A DNA stretch of 32,000 bases from Hyperthermus butylicus DSM 5456 (lineage in GTDB: Archaea; Thermoproteota; Thermoprotei_A; Sulfolobales; Pyrodictiaceae): contig NC_008818.1 of assembly GCF_000015145.1 (NCBI RefSeq), positions 1,200,001 to 1,232,000 of the forward strand. Direction: 5' to 3'. This document shows, one piece after another, positions 9,529 to 19,212 of the stretch; within the stretch, counting starts at the first letter, position 1, and every line of letters starts with the position of its first letter. The notes beneath the pieces are model-generated. The model was not told the origin of the DNA, made no database searches, and saw only the letters and a list, made by a program, of their open reading frames with translations. Both the position numbers and the translations under genes were made by a program.

Positions 9529-10293
9529 CTAGCTGTCCCCGAAGCTATTCGTAGCTGTTGCCGCTAACTCTTTTCTCGCTGCCGTTACTGCTCGTTTTAC
9601 GCCATCTATGTAGGCTTCATGTTCTGCTGCAAGTCCGTCAAAGAATTCCCTCAATATGTGAGCCTTGTTGACGGCAAGCTTTCTCGCGGCATCACTGCAT
9701 AGGAACTGGTCAAGTCTAGCCAGTTTCTCACGGTAATGGTTCAACGTACCGTCAATGTCTCGTTCATGGCGGCCGGAATAGTAGATTGCGCGGTATACCC
9801 CTATAGCTCCTAGGGCGTCGAGTTTATCAGCATCGCTTAGTATGCACGAGAGTACGCTACTATACTTTCCCCCCGACAGGCTATAGCTGTGTTCAAGTAT
9901 TGCACGCTTAACCTTCTCGACAACATCACTGCTAAATCCCATTCTTGGCAGAACGAGTTCTGCAATACTAGCCGATACTATGGCATGATGTATGCCAAGG
10001 CGCTCCTCAACACCCCTACCAACATCATGCAGAATGGTGGCTGCATACATTTCCTCATCGTTTATATCATGTGCACCAATCATCTCTTTCAGCTTGAAAG
10101 CTATACACATCACCCTTACAGTATGGGGTAGCCCGTGCGCTTCGTCGAAGCCTTGCAGAGCTGCAGCAAGCGACAGCAGTTGACGGCACCAGGTTATTGA
10201 TAAACACTTATCCACCACAGCACTACAGTCCAAGCTCTCGGGCACCGGTGAGGTGTTCCGGCGGAGCTGAGGACAATAAGACAGCAGACTCAT
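9529..10293 (-). CDS. HD-domain phosphohydrolase
   Basis: HTVRVMCIAFKL, ATILHDVGRGVEERLGIHHAIVSA and LSDADKLDALGAIGVYRAIYYSGRHE (HD-family pattern). Confidence 0.85.
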   Translation of the reverse strand: MSLLSYCPQLRRNTSPVPESLDCSAVVDKCLSITWCRQLLSLAAALQGFDEAHGLPHTVRVMCIAFKLKEMIGAHDINDEEMYAATILHDVGRGVEERLGIHHAIVSASIAELVLPRMGFSSDVVEKVKRAILEHSYSLSGGKYSSVLSCILSDADKLDALGAIGVYRAIYYSGRHERDIDGTLNHYREKLARLDQFLCSDAARKLAVNKAHILREFFDGLAAEHEAYIDGVKRAVTAARKELAATATNSFGDS

Positions 10294-10324
10294 CTGTGAT
10301 GAACTCTTCGCTGTCCCGAGGTGC

Positions 10325-11029
10325 TTAGCCTATTGGTGTACCCTTAAACACTAAGGATAACACTGTGAAGAACGCTATAGCGGCTAGCCCTATCCCGGCA
10401 AGCCTAATACCGCTTACAACCATGCTCTCTCCACTTATCCTACCGAGATAAGCACCAAGGAGAAACAGCTCTAGGACTATAAGCATTGCAGAAGTGTAAA
10501 CGAGAAGCCCCGTAGCAGCTCTTACACCGAGCAGTAACGCTATGGTAAACGGTGTCACACCTATGGCTGGAAGGACTATTGCTCCAAGCCCACTCCACAA
10601 CGCGACATAAATGGGAACTATCTTAGCTGCCCTCTCGTATATGCTGCCCCTTAGCGTGTGCAGGATAATCCTCTCTGTACGCTTGAGTTCTCTAAGTCTC
10701 TCAGCCCGCTCGGAGAGATATGTGGCTACGACACCACTAAAGAAGCCCATGGCGAATGATGCACCTATAACGCTACCCACGTAGCTTGCAGGGCTTGTAG
10801 TGCCACTGAGATAGTTTCCAAGGATCACGCCGAGACTCGACAGTAACCCGTCAAAGCTGTTGGTGACAAACATTCTGCGAGCAATACTATCTGCGTTAAG
10901 CATGCGAGCATACTTTATCATCTCGCGGTAGAAACGCAGCATCAGCCCAAATATGCTAAAGATCCCCCGCGTCAAGGGGCATGCATCCCTTCCTACAACC
11001 AGATACAAGGGCGAGATAGCAAAGAGCAC
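10325..11029 (-). CDS. VIT1/CCC1-like family membrane protein
   Basis: FVTNSFDGLLSSLGVILGNYLSG followed by several hydrophobic segments and SERAERLRELKRTER. Start is probably internal, near MLRFYREMIKYARML. Confidence 0.7.
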   Translation of the reverse strand: MLFAISPLYLVVGRDACPLTRGIFSIFGLMLRFYREMIKYARMLNADSIARRMFVTNSFDGLLSSLGVILGNYLSGTTSPASYVGSVIGASFAMGFFSGVVATYLSERAERLRELKRTERIILHTLRGSIYERAAKIVPIYVALWSGLGAIVLPAIGVTPFTIALLLGVRAATGLLVYTSAMLIVLELFLLGAYLGRISGESMVVSGIRLAGIGLAAIAFFTVLSLVFKGTPIG

Positions 11030-11075
11030 ACCGTGTTTTTGGAGGAGTAAAAATACACGACCTATATGCAGGCCT

Positions 11076-11360
11076 CTACCTTGCGCCCCGTTTTGCCAGC
11101 TTCACCCTGGCAACATACTCTTCAAGTACTATTCTCACTTTGCCACCGTTTTTGCCGATGTTTACGAGGAGGTCATTAACCCTATAGCCGCACCTCGGGC
11201 ACCAATAGTAGTACCTAACTATTCTACCTCCATTACGGAATTCTATCTCTACACGATACTCCATATGTGTTCTACACCTAGGGCATACAATGCCATCCAT
11301 GCCCTGCGCCATAACCCAGCACCCTCGCCGCATACATACCTCGAATATTCCCGCTATCAC
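11076..11360 (-). CDS. small zinc-ribbon protein
   Basis: Two CxxC knuckles: CPRC and CPRC (VCPRCRTHMEYRV ... YWCPRCGYRVNDL). Likely start is MAQGMDG... rather than the ORF start. Confidence 0.65.
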   Translation of the reverse strand: MIAGIFEVCMRRGCWVMAQGMDGIVCPRCRTHMEYRVEIEFRNGGRIVRYYYWCPRCGYRVNDLLVNIGKNGGKVRIVLEEYVARVKLAKRGAR

Positions 11361-11488
11361 AACCGTTTAGCGCCATGACTTGCTCAGCTACTAGCCCGGT
11401 TCTACTCCAGTGTACACTATAACCCGCGTTAAGGCTTAATATACCGATTTCGCTTCTAAGACTAACCCGGACGAGGTGAAGCATTACG

Positions 11489-12577
11489 ATACTCTTTGAC
11501 GCTTATGGGAGGCCGTTAACTAATCTGAGACTTATGGTTACAGGTAGATGCAATTTTGCATGCTTTTTCTGCCACATGGAAGGCTATAAGCAGGGATATC
11601 GGGTAGAGGACGAGGTTAGCCTTGAGGAAATTGAGCTTCTAGCCAAAGCTGCTAAGAGGATTGGCATTGAGGCTTTCAAGATCACTGGCGGCGAGCCGAC
11701 AGTAAGGAGTGATCTTGTCGATATTGTTAAGATTCTTCACAGCTACGGGTTCTATGTGTCAATGACGACCAATGCTTCACTCCTACACAACCATATGCCA
11801 GGCCTTGCAGATGCTGGTATAGGACATGTGAATGTTAGCCTACACTCTCTCTCCGAGAACGTGTTTGAGAAGATTACTGGACGTAGGATGCTCGGCCAGG
11901 TTATCCAGAACATAAGGCTACTACGCGAGTACGGAATACCAGTTAAGATAAACTTTGTAGTACTGAGAGGGCTCAACGAGGACGATGTCGTAAAGTTGAT
12001 AGACTTTGCAGCATCTGTTGATGCAACAGTGCAGATTATAGAACTCCACCCTGTAGGCAGGGCTGTGAAAAGGTTTAAGGACTATTATCTGCCGCGCTGG
12101 CATATACTTGAGAAGCTTGAGGATAGGGTTGTCGAGATAAAGTACAGGGTTGGACTCCACAATAGACCAATACTAGTACTTGATAACGGTGTACGTGTAG
12201 AACTCGTAGGTCCCGTAGGCAACTACGCATTCTGCGCCGCTTGCACACGTATGCGAGTCACTTACGACTTTAAGCTAATACCATGTCTAAACTGGCGCGG
12301 TAGCCCAATTGATATTAGGAAGCGGCTTGTCAATACACACTCTCCCGAGGAGAAAGTTGAGAAGATTATTGAAGCCTTAAAGGAGGCTAACATGCTCCGC
12401 AGACCCTTTGTCCTATTTCCAAGGAGTGGTAAACCGTTCACAGTTAAGCGTAAGTGGCGTATCGCGAGACTTGGCATACCTCGGCGCGACGGTAGCTTAT
12501 CAATAACAGGGCAGCGACGCGAGAAGGTTCTAGCCCTGCTACTCGGAGAGTGGGGTAAGTATCTACAAGCTAGCTGA
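11489..12577 (+). CDS. moaA: GTP 3',8-cyclase MoaA (radical SAM)
   Basis: VTGRCNFACFFCHMEG (CxxxCxxC), FKITGGEPTVRSDL, FCAACTRMRVTYDFKLIPCL and RRPFVLFPRSGK. The frame upstream of ATG 11534 reads ...LFDAYGRPLTNLRL, which is conserved, so the true start lies upstream. The position given (ATA 11489) is inferred. Confidence 0.9.
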   Translation: MLFDAYGRPLTNLRLMVTGRCNFACFFCHMEGYKQGYRVEDEVSLEEIELLAKAAKRIGIEAFKITGGEPTVRSDLVDIVKILHSYGFYVSMTTNASLLHNHMPGLADAGIGHVNVSLHSLSENVFEKITGRRMLGQVIQNIRLLREYGIPVKINFVVLRGLNEDDVVKLIDFAASVDATVQIIELHPVGRAVKRFKDYYLPRWHILEKLEDRVVEIKYRVGLHNRPILVLDNGVRVELVGPVGNYAFCAACTRMRVTYDFKLIPCLNWRGSPIDIRKRLVNTHSPEEKVEKIIEALKEANMLRRPFVLFPRSGKPFTVKRKWRIARLGIPRRDGSLSITGQRREKVLALLLGEWGKYLQAS

Positions 12578-13469
12578 TGATGTATGATACAACCTTTTCA
12601 AGCATCATTACGAGGAATACAAGGCCTAGCATCATGTTTGTTTTCTTGAATGCCGTTCTGCTGTAATTCGGATCTCCTCCGAGTTCTGCATATTTTACTG
12701 CAAGATGAAAGATTGCTATGGCGGCAATAACGCCTACTATGAGTGACACCGTACCTATGACATTGTTGACCCAAAGCCCAACAATAGAGTAGCCCATTAC
12801 GAGCGAGCCTAGTCCTATGCCGGATGCAACAGCTATAGGGGTATCAGCTACAACTGGCAGCATTGGCACATTTGCGCGCCTATAATCATCGCGGTAGTAT
12901 GTTGCTAGGAACCATATGTGTGAGGGAACCCATGTAGCGACAATAAGTGAGAACAGAAGCGCATTAACATCGATTCTTCCCGCAGCGGCTGCCCAGCCAC
13001 CAAGAGCCGGTGCACCACCAGCAACAGCTCCAGCTATAATGCTGAGTGGTGTTCTCCTCTTGAGGAGATAGGTGTAAGCTACTATGTCAAAGAGGAAACC
13101 AATAACTATTGCAAGAGCAAAGTGAGGGTTTATAATGCGCCAAGCGAGGATTACGGATACAATTGTGGCTGCTACGGTTGCTATAAACACCTTTAGAGGG
13201 TCAAGCCTTCCAGCTGGTAGTGGCCTATCCCTAGTCCTCTCCATAAGTGCGTCTATGTCCCTGTCAAAATACATGTTTAGCGCTGTAACCGCAGCTATAG
13301 TGATAAACCCTAGAGTGAGCACCACTAGGTGTCTCTCATAGGGCTTTCCGAGCCCGCCCCCAACAATATATGCTGTATACATTGTAAATAGTAGTAGGAG
13401 TGTCTGCTTAACCTTAGCTAGGGCAAACACGTCCAGCAACACGGATCGCACACGGCTGAGCTGCATCAC
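12570..13469 (-). CDS. ctaB: Protoheme IX farnesyltransferase-like UbiA-family prenyltransferase
   Basis: NMYFDRDIDALMERTRDRPLPAGRL and YLLKRRTPLSIIAGAVAGGAPALGGWAA, plus multiple transmembrane segments. Overlaps the moaA 3' end by 8 nt. Confidence 0.92.
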   Translation of the reverse strand: MMQLSRVRSVLLDVFALAKVKQTLLLLFTMYTAYIVGGGLGKPYERHLVVLTLGFITIAAVTALNMYFDRDIDALMERTRDRPLPAGRLDPLKVFIATVAATIVSVILAWRIINPHFALAIVIGFLFDIVAYTYLLKRRTPLSIIAGAVAGGAPALGGWAAAAGRIDVNALLFSLIVATWVPSHIWFLATYYRDDYRRANVPMLPVVADTPIAVASGIGLGSLVMGYSIVGLWVNNVIGTVSLIVGVIAAIAIFHLAVKYAELGGDPNYSRTAFKKTNMMLGLVFLVMMLEKVVSYIIS

Positions 13470-13580
13470 ATGTGCACCTCGTTCGCCGAAAATTTACGTA
13501 GACACCCTAGTTAGAGCCTATAGCGAGGCTCAAAACTATTTAACTGTTAAAGCGGATAAAATCTCTGAGGCTGCGTAGAT

Positions 13581-13925
13581 GTGCACTGCATGTTCAAGCT
13601 AAAGCTTACACTTGTATCAACACGTCAGGAAAACTTGCTTCACTGCATGGAGAGGATTCAGGCAGCACTATGTGCACACGGTAGATGTATAATGGGCCGA
13701 GCCGGCTGGACTATTTCGGCTATACGGAAGTGCATAGTCATCCTTACAGCTCCAAGGCCTAGAGCAGCTCAGCTAGTACCCGTACCTCTCCCGGCATCAT
13801 ACGAAACACCAATACTGATTGAATGCATGGCTACCGAGGATGTAGTTGAGTTAGTAGAACTGCTCAACACAGCTACGGAGGATTGCAAAGCTTCTCTACT
13901 GGTCACAGAGGCGGCTAATACGTAA
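13581..13925 (+). CDS. small hypothetical protein
   Basis: 114-aa ORF. The region FKLKLTLVSTRQENLL...ATEDVVELVELLNTA looks protein-like. No family recognised. Confidence 0.45.
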   Translation: MHCMFKLKLTLVSTRQENLLHCMERIQAALCAHGRCIMGRAGWTISAIRKCIVILTAPRPRAAQLVPVPLPASYETPILIECMATEDVVELVELLNTATEDCKASLLVTEAANT

Positions 13926-13950
13926 TAGCCACCAGCCCGTAACATATCTC

Positions 13951-14018
13951 TGGGCGATGACAGGGTAAGCGGTCGCCGAGGGACTGGTATGAGGAAACTC
14001 CCATGAATGGAGCCCACA
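13951..14018 (+). ncRNA. candidate structured RNA (possibly H/ACA-like) upstream of argF
   Basis: TGGGC (13951-13955) can pair with GCCCA (14011-14015), and ACA follows at 14015-14017. An alternative hairpin is GGCGA...TCGCC, and ATGAGG...CCCAT also pairs. The fold was done by eye only. Confidence 0.2.
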
Positions 14019-14077
14019 TAGACTGAAGACATGTTAAAGTACCGGACCCTTACTTATGTTTAAACGGCTGAAGCCCC

Positions 14078-15022
14078 TTGCCCGGCCCCCTCTACGGCCG
14101 CGACCTTTTATCAATACGTGACCTCAGCAGCGAGGAGGTATGGCTAGTCATTGAAACTGCTAGGCAGATGAAGCTACGCTACTACGCTGGTGAGCGCATC
14201 ATACCCATGCTAAAGGGTAAGACTATCGCCCTCATCTTCGAGAAGCCTAGTACGCGTACAAGGGTCAGCATGGAGGTTGCCGCGCTACAACTCGGCGCGA
14301 CCCCCCTGACATTCAGACGCGACGAGCTACAGCTGGCCCGCGGCGAGCCAATTAAGGATACAGCACGCGTACTATCGCGCTACGTGGACGCAATAGCCGC
14401 AAGGGTCTTCAAGCATGAGAGCCTGGAAGAAATGGCTGCCTATGCAAGCGTACCCGTTATAAACATGCTCAGCGACCTCGAACATCCCTTGCAAGCTCTA
14501 GCGGATGCCTTAACGATTTACGAGAAGAAGGGCCACATAAAGGGCATCAAAGTCGTATACGTGGGTGATGGTAGAAACAATGTGGCGCACAGCCTCCTAC
14601 TGGTCATCGCTAAGCTCGGGGGACACATAGTTATATCATCGCCTAAGGAGCTGACACCGAGAAAAGACATCCTCGAAGCCGCACAGCTGGCAGCAAAGGA
14701 GACAGGAGCAACAATAGAGCTTATTGAGGATCCCGCTGAGGCTGTTAGGGGTGCCGACGTGGTCTATACCGATGTCTGGGTGAGCATGGGTGAGGAATCC
14801 CTAGCCGAGGAAAGGAGGCGTCTATTACAGCGATACCAGGTTAACGAGAAACTAATGTCACTAGCATCAAACAATGCCATATTCATGCACTGCCTACCGG
14901 CCCATCGCGGTGAGGAGGTAACCGAGGAAGTCATAGAAGGCCCATGGAGTGTCGTGTGGGATCAAGCTGAGAATAGGCTACACGCACAAAAGGCTGTTCT
15001 AGCACTGATATTAGCGCCTTAA
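14078..15022 (+). CDS. argF: Ornithine carbamoyltransferase
   Basis: [42 protein letters not shown] and [14 protein letters not shown]. Confidence 0.95.
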   Translation: MPGPLYGRDLLSIRDLSSEEVWLVIETARQMKLRYYAGERIIPMLKGKTIALIFEKPSTRTRVSMEVAALQLGATPLTFRRDELQLARGEPIKDTARVLSRYVDAIAARVFKHESLEEMAAYASVPVINMLSDLEHPLQALADALTIYEKKGHIKGIKVVYVGDGRNNVAHSLLLVIAKLGGHIVISSPKELTPRKDILEAAQLAAKETGATIELIEDPAEAVRGADVVYTDVWVSMGEESLAEERRRLLQRYQVNEKLMSLASNNAIFMHCLPAHRGEEVTEEVIEGPWSVVWDQAENRLHAQKAVLALILAP

Positions 15023-15042
15023 AACGCCGTATACTTTTCTCT

Positions 15043-15450
15043 TCACCTAACCCTCCTAATCTCCACGCCCAGCTCTCTAGCAGCAGTCTTCGCGTCGTCC
15101 AGGAGTACTGGGCCTGAACCGTAGAGTACCAGTATTGGCTTAGCGTTTATACTTCGAGCCTTCTCTGCAATAGTCTCGACCATCGATCTACCTACATTGA
15201 CGCTGCCATAGATAACGTCTACCGCCAGTATAGTGGACTCCTTCTTAGCTACGAAGGATACAGTGCCCTTCGGCGTTGGAAACTTCATCTTCACACTGTA
15301 CCCGGCCTCCACGTAGCGACCCGCAACCTTTCCCTCAACACCATACTTTTCTGCAAGCTTCTTCTTCGTAAACACGATTTCCGCTAGTGTCACAGCTCCT
15401 TCACCCCGTGCCCCCAGCACTGGGCTAGGCTTTATTAGTATCCCCCTCAC
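15043..15450 (-). CDS. conserved-looking hypothetical protein
   Basis: 135-aa ORF filling the gap between argF and the next gene, with coherent alpha/beta pattern (STILAVDVIYGSVNVGRS...KPILVLYGSGPVLLDDAK). Confidence 0.65.
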   Translation of the reverse strand: MRGILIKPSPVLGARGEGAVTLAEIVFTKKKLAEKYGVEGKVAGRYVEAGYSVKMKFPTPKGTVSFVAKKESTILAVDVIYGSVNVGRSMVETIAEKARSINAKPILVLYGSGPVLLDDAKTAARELGVEIRRVR

Positions 15451-15474
15451 TCCGGGTCTCCGCTAGGACGTGAC

Positions 15475-15732
15475 TTGGCAGAGCCGGTTATGGCCATTGG
15501 CATTGCAGGAATGTTCTTCATAGTGCTTGGCTGGGCTTTATCGCTACCTGCTGTTCCCCCCCTACGGCTAAGCACATCCTACTTCATTGGCAGCACATTA
15601 TTGACTATTTACGCTATACTCTTGAGGGATCCCATATTTACTGTATTGAATGCTCTTGCTACAGGGTTAGCGTTAGCGAATATATTTCGCGGCCTAAAGC
15701 AGCGGCGTAAACAGGGTGTACTGGAGCGATGA
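15475..15732 (+). CDS. small membrane protein
   Basis: 85 aa with three hydrophobic segments (IGIAGMFFIVLGWALSL, STSYFIGSTLLTIYAILL, PIFTVLNALATGLALANIF). Confidence 0.6.
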   Translation: MAEPVMAIGIAGMFFIVLGWALSLPAVPPLRLSTSYFIGSTLLTIYAILLRDPIFTVLNALATGLALANIFRGLKQRRKQGVLER

Positions 15733-15828
15733 ACACATCTAAACTATTAACGGTTACAACAAGTATTCAGCCATTATCATCATAGCTCTCGTGACACTGT
15801 TACAGTTATAGGCTTCTATGTCAGGTAC

Positions 15829-17961
15829 ATGCCATTTGAGAACTACAAGCACGTAGAGAAATTTGCCAGGAATTACGGCATCTCACCCGACGTAGCAAAA
15901 TTCTCCTACATAGACGCCAACGACCCCTGGATAGAGTACTGGCTAGCCAGGTACCTACACGATAAAGGTGTGTCGTCTTGGGCTAGCCTTACCCGTGACA
16001 ACCCTGTAACAAAGCTATTCTGGTACCCGTGGGGTAGAGACTTTACGCATACAGAGTTCCCATTCATACCCGTTGTTGGCGCGCTAACCCCTGGAGGCAT
16101 GAGGGTTGTTGAATGGGTTTCACTGCTACCGCCAGTTTTCGGAACACTAGCAATAATTATTGCAGCCATCTACATGTACCGTGTCTATGGACGTCCAGCA
16201 GCAATCATAGCTGCTGCTCTTCTATCACTCCTGCCAGCATCAACCTCAAGGACCTACGCTGGGTTCGTGGAGAAGATTGGTATTGCACTTCCCTTCCTCA
16301 TTCTAGGCCTCATGTTCTACGCCGAAGCACTTAGGAGGCGTTCGCTGGTATACGCTGTTGCTGCTGGTGCTGCATTTGGCGTTATAAGTTATGTATGGGG
16401 AGGCTACGTTATTGCCGGCCTTGCTATCGCCGTAACTTCACTGCTAGTACCACTAGCTGTCAATAGGCTTGATGAGGCTAAGCCTTATCTCCTGACAAGC
16501 ATTACTGTAGCTGCTACCGCGCTTGCAGCATCCATACCAGCCGACATCTACGGCCCGGCATCAATCAGGTTTTATGCCGCCGCACTCGCTGTAGCACTGT
16601 ATGTGTATGGCATTGTGTTCGTTCTAGAAAAGCTTCATGCCAGGAGTACTGTAGCGAGAGGCTTCGTCTATAGGCTCGCAGCTCGTTGGCGCAAGTTCTA
16701 CACATATGTGCTCGCAGCATCCATTATCATCGGCATGTTTATAGCGTCGCTGATCAAGCTGCCGAGCCGCGCCGTGTTTGCTATAGCCTGGCCTCTACGG
16801 GAGACAGGGCTCATACACTTGTCCCTGCTCGCTGAGACTGTTGCCGAGCATTCATCACCACTTACAGATCCGAGGCTTATGAGGGACTTCATGTGGAGTA
16901 CCAATGTACTAGTTGTGCTTGCACCAATAGCTGGGTTATACCTCCTCTATCGAGGCCTATGGAGAAGAGAGGCTTACCACATACCGCTAGCTATCACAGC
17001 TCTAGGACTGTACTATGCCGTGCTCGGAATGGTTTACTTCCAGCAAGCAGCATCGGTAGTAGGCATACTCGCTACAGCTGCACTAACACCCTATGTGCTA
17101 GAGCCGATCACTATTACGAGCATACAGCGCACAAGGAGATGGAGACGTAAGAGCCAGGGGCCCTCGGAGCTGCAGCTCCTTGGAGCCGTAGTATTCATAG
17201 CACTCATAGCTGGTGGCATGGTGGTAAGCGCGTATAGAACAGTAAACGTCCTCGAGAAGCATGTAGCAATGATTACAGGGTATAGCCTAGACACTACCCA
17301 GCTGGGCTGGCTCTACCTGCTAGATTATCTCCGGCAGAGTATAAGCAACGATACAGTTGTCGTCACATGGTGGGACTATGGGTACCAGATAAGTGTTGGT
17401 GCCGAACGCCCCTCAGTAGCTGATGGTGCAACGATTAATGCTACCCAGATACGACTACTAGCAGAGTTCTACACAGCCACAAGCGAAGACGAAGCCGCCT
17501 CGATACTCGAAAGGCTCGGGCTAAAGCCTAACCAGACCTTGATATTCGTACACGATCTGGCACTCTACAACCCATCAAAAGGCATACTTGTGTATACACC
17601 CGCTATAGACATACCAAAGTCAGCTGCCATGCTCCATATAGCTGAGAAGGACAAGGAGGGGTTCTGGCCGATAAACGATAAGTACATGTATACGATGATA
17701 TACCGGTTCTTCTCTACTGCACCATTCTACCTCGACAAGATAGGCATAGCAGTGCCCAACGTAACTGAGCTAGTAAAGCCAAAAACCGTTCTCGTCGGCA
17801 ACCTCCAGATGAAACCATTTACTATGAAGAGGTTTGAACCATACATGGTAGTCGTAGGGTTCTACATCGACGCTGAGACAGGCCAACCAATCGCAAAAAT
17901 AGTAAACGGAGATGTGTACTATTACGTAATGCTGCTAATACTGTTTAAGTGGGTTAAATAG
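15829..17961 (+). CDS. aglB: Oligosaccharyltransferase STT3/AglB (N-glycosylation)
   Basis: IDANDPWIEYWLARYLHDKG, FWYPWGRDFTHTEFPFIP and the catalytic signature TWWDYGYQISVGAERPSVADGATIN, in a polytopic membrane protein. The first transmembrane segment seems to lie upstream in other frames (see findings). Confidence 0.93.
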   Translation: MPFENYKHVEKFARNYGISPDVAKFSYIDANDPWIEYWLARYLHDKGVSSWASLTRDNPVTKLFWYPWGRDFTHTEFPFIPVVGALTPGGMRVVEWVSLLPPVFGTLAIIIAAIYMYRVYGRPAAIIAAALLSLLPASTSRTYAGFVEKIGIALPFLILGLMFYAEALRRRSLVYAVAAGAAFGVISYVWGGYVIAGLAIAVTSLLVPLAVNRLDEAKPYLLTSITVAATALAASIPADIYGPASIRFYAAALAVALYVYGIVFVLEKLHARSTVARGFVYRLAARWRKFYTYVLAASIIIGMFIASLIKLPSRAVFAIAWPLRETGLIHLSLLAETVAEHSSPLTDPRLMRDFMWSTNVLVVLAPIAGLYLLYRGLWRREAYHIPLAITALGLYYAVLGMVYFQQAASVVGILATAALTPYVLEPITITSIQRTRRWRRKSQGPSELQLLGAVVFIALIAGGMVVSAYRTVNVLEKHVAMITGYSLDTTQLGWLYLLDYLRQSISNDTVVVTWWDYGYQISVGAERPSVADGATINATQIRLLAEFYTATSEDEAASILERLGLKPNQTLIFVHDLALYNPSKGILVYTPAIDIPKSAAMLHIAEKDKEGFWPINDKYMYTMIYRFFSTAPFYLDKIGIAVPNVTELVKPKTVLVGNLQMKPFTMKRFEPYMVVVGFYIDAETGQPIAKIVNGDVYYYVMLLILFKWVK

Positions 17962-18062
17962 CTGCATCACTGACAAACTGGGCTGAGGAGGCTGAAGGCT
18001 TCAATACATAGCTCTGAGTCCCATTTATTAAGGGGGGCTAGAGAGTAGAGGGTGCAGCGCTG

Positions 18063-18545
18063 ATGATATTTAAGCGACGGAGACAAGTATCGCCGCGTGT
18101 AAAGCTGCTAGAGCTAGCAGTCGCCACAAGATATGCTGTTTCCAGGTTGGGGCTGCAAGCTGCAAGGCTTAGAGCAGCATATCAGCGGACACGGGACAAG
18201 ACACTGCTGAAAATGCTCGAGAACATCGTTAGGCTTCAGGCTGTATTGGAGGTCTTGTCTGTTAGACTTGAGACACTAGCACAAATAGGCACCATATCCT
18301 CGGAGGATCTGTACACGGTGAAGCAGATAATTGCTGATCTTAAATCAGCTTATGGCGACATAGCACCAGGCATATCCAGCATGCTTGCCGACCTAGAGAA
18401 TACTGTTACCTCAATAGCTTCCCTCACAGGCCTAGAGATCCTTACCACGGGGGTAACAGTGGCTGACGAGAATGCTAGACGGATACTAGAGGAGGCTGAG
18501 CTTATAGCTAGGCAGAGGCTTGAGGAACTGATGAGACAGACATAG
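18063..18545 (+). CDS. ESCRT-III/Snf7-like (CdvB paralog-type) protein
   Basis: Helical 160-aa protein with the pattern MLENIVRLQAVLEVLSVRLETLAQIGTI..LYTVKQIIADLKSAYGDIAPGISSMLADLENTVTSI, resembling archaeal CdvB-family cores. Made by pattern recognition, not by search. Confidence 0.6.
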   Translation: MIFKRRRQVSPRVKLLELAVATRYAVSRLGLQAARLRAAYQRTRDKTLLKMLENIVRLQAVLEVLSVRLETLAQIGTISSEDLYTVKQIIADLKSAYGDIAPGISSMLADLENTVTSIASLTGLEILTTGVTVADENARRILEEAELIARQRLEELMRQT

Positions 18546-18546
18546 G

Positions 18547-18804
18547 GTGAAAGCGTTGAAACTCACAATAATATATCACTACCGGGATACGGGTCTCGTC
18601 CGCATAACACACTATGGAGAAGACGGCCGCAAGATAGCCGAAGAAGAATATAGGGACGTTAAAACGCTAGTTGTGAAGACTCCAGTCCTGCTCCCCCGGG
18701 GGATGCATCACGCTATAACAGCATACGTCATAGAGGGGGGAGCCCGCATAATAGCTAGGGATGGCATATTGATAGTCGAGGGTGGGGACGGGGAGGCTGG
18801 ATGA
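18547..18804 (+). CDS. small hypothetical protein
   Basis: 85-aa ORF starting 2 nt after the previous stop and overlapping the next start by 4 nt, in an operon-like arrangement. Confidence 0.55.
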   Translation: MKALKLTIIYHYRDTGLVRITHYGEDGRKIAEEEYRDVKTLVVKTPVLLPRGMHHAITAYVIEGGARIIARDGILIVEGGDGEAG

Positions 18805-19199
18805 TCAACGTAAAGATAGAGATGAGTAAGAGCCGTACAGGGAGGCATGCAGCTCGCAGCCTGGCGCTACTCGTCTCCGAGGAGGGCGATATTGTAGAGG
18901 CTAAGCCTAGGAGGATAGCTGAGACTAAACCGCTTTACAGCAGGGGGCGCGCCTACATAGCATCTATTGACGTGCCGGAAGGCTGGTACCTGGTCTACGT
19001 ATATCTCGTGAAGAATCTTAGGGGTCACGTTAAGGGTTATATTGAGGTCTATTCCAGGGATGCCGAGCTACTCTACCGCGCAGTGTACCGGAAGTTAAAG
19101 CTCAGGTTTAGCAAGGGGGACCCGCACTATGCTTGGATTGTTAGACGGGTAGCCGAGTACCTTAAGCTGCCAGTCAAAAACTATAATCTAGAGCCGTAG
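18801..19199 (+). CDS. hypothetical protein
   Basis: 132-aa ORF in the same tight cluster, translationally overlapping the upstream ORF. Confidence 0.6.
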   Translation: MINVKIEMSKSRTGRHAARSLALLVSEEGDIVEAKPRRIAETKPLYSRGRAYIASIDVPEGWYLVYVYLVKNLRGHVKGYIEVYSRDAELLYRAVYRKLKLRFSKGDPHYAWIVRRVAEYLKLPVKNYNLEP

Positions 19200-19212
19200 G
19201 AGTAGAGAATGG

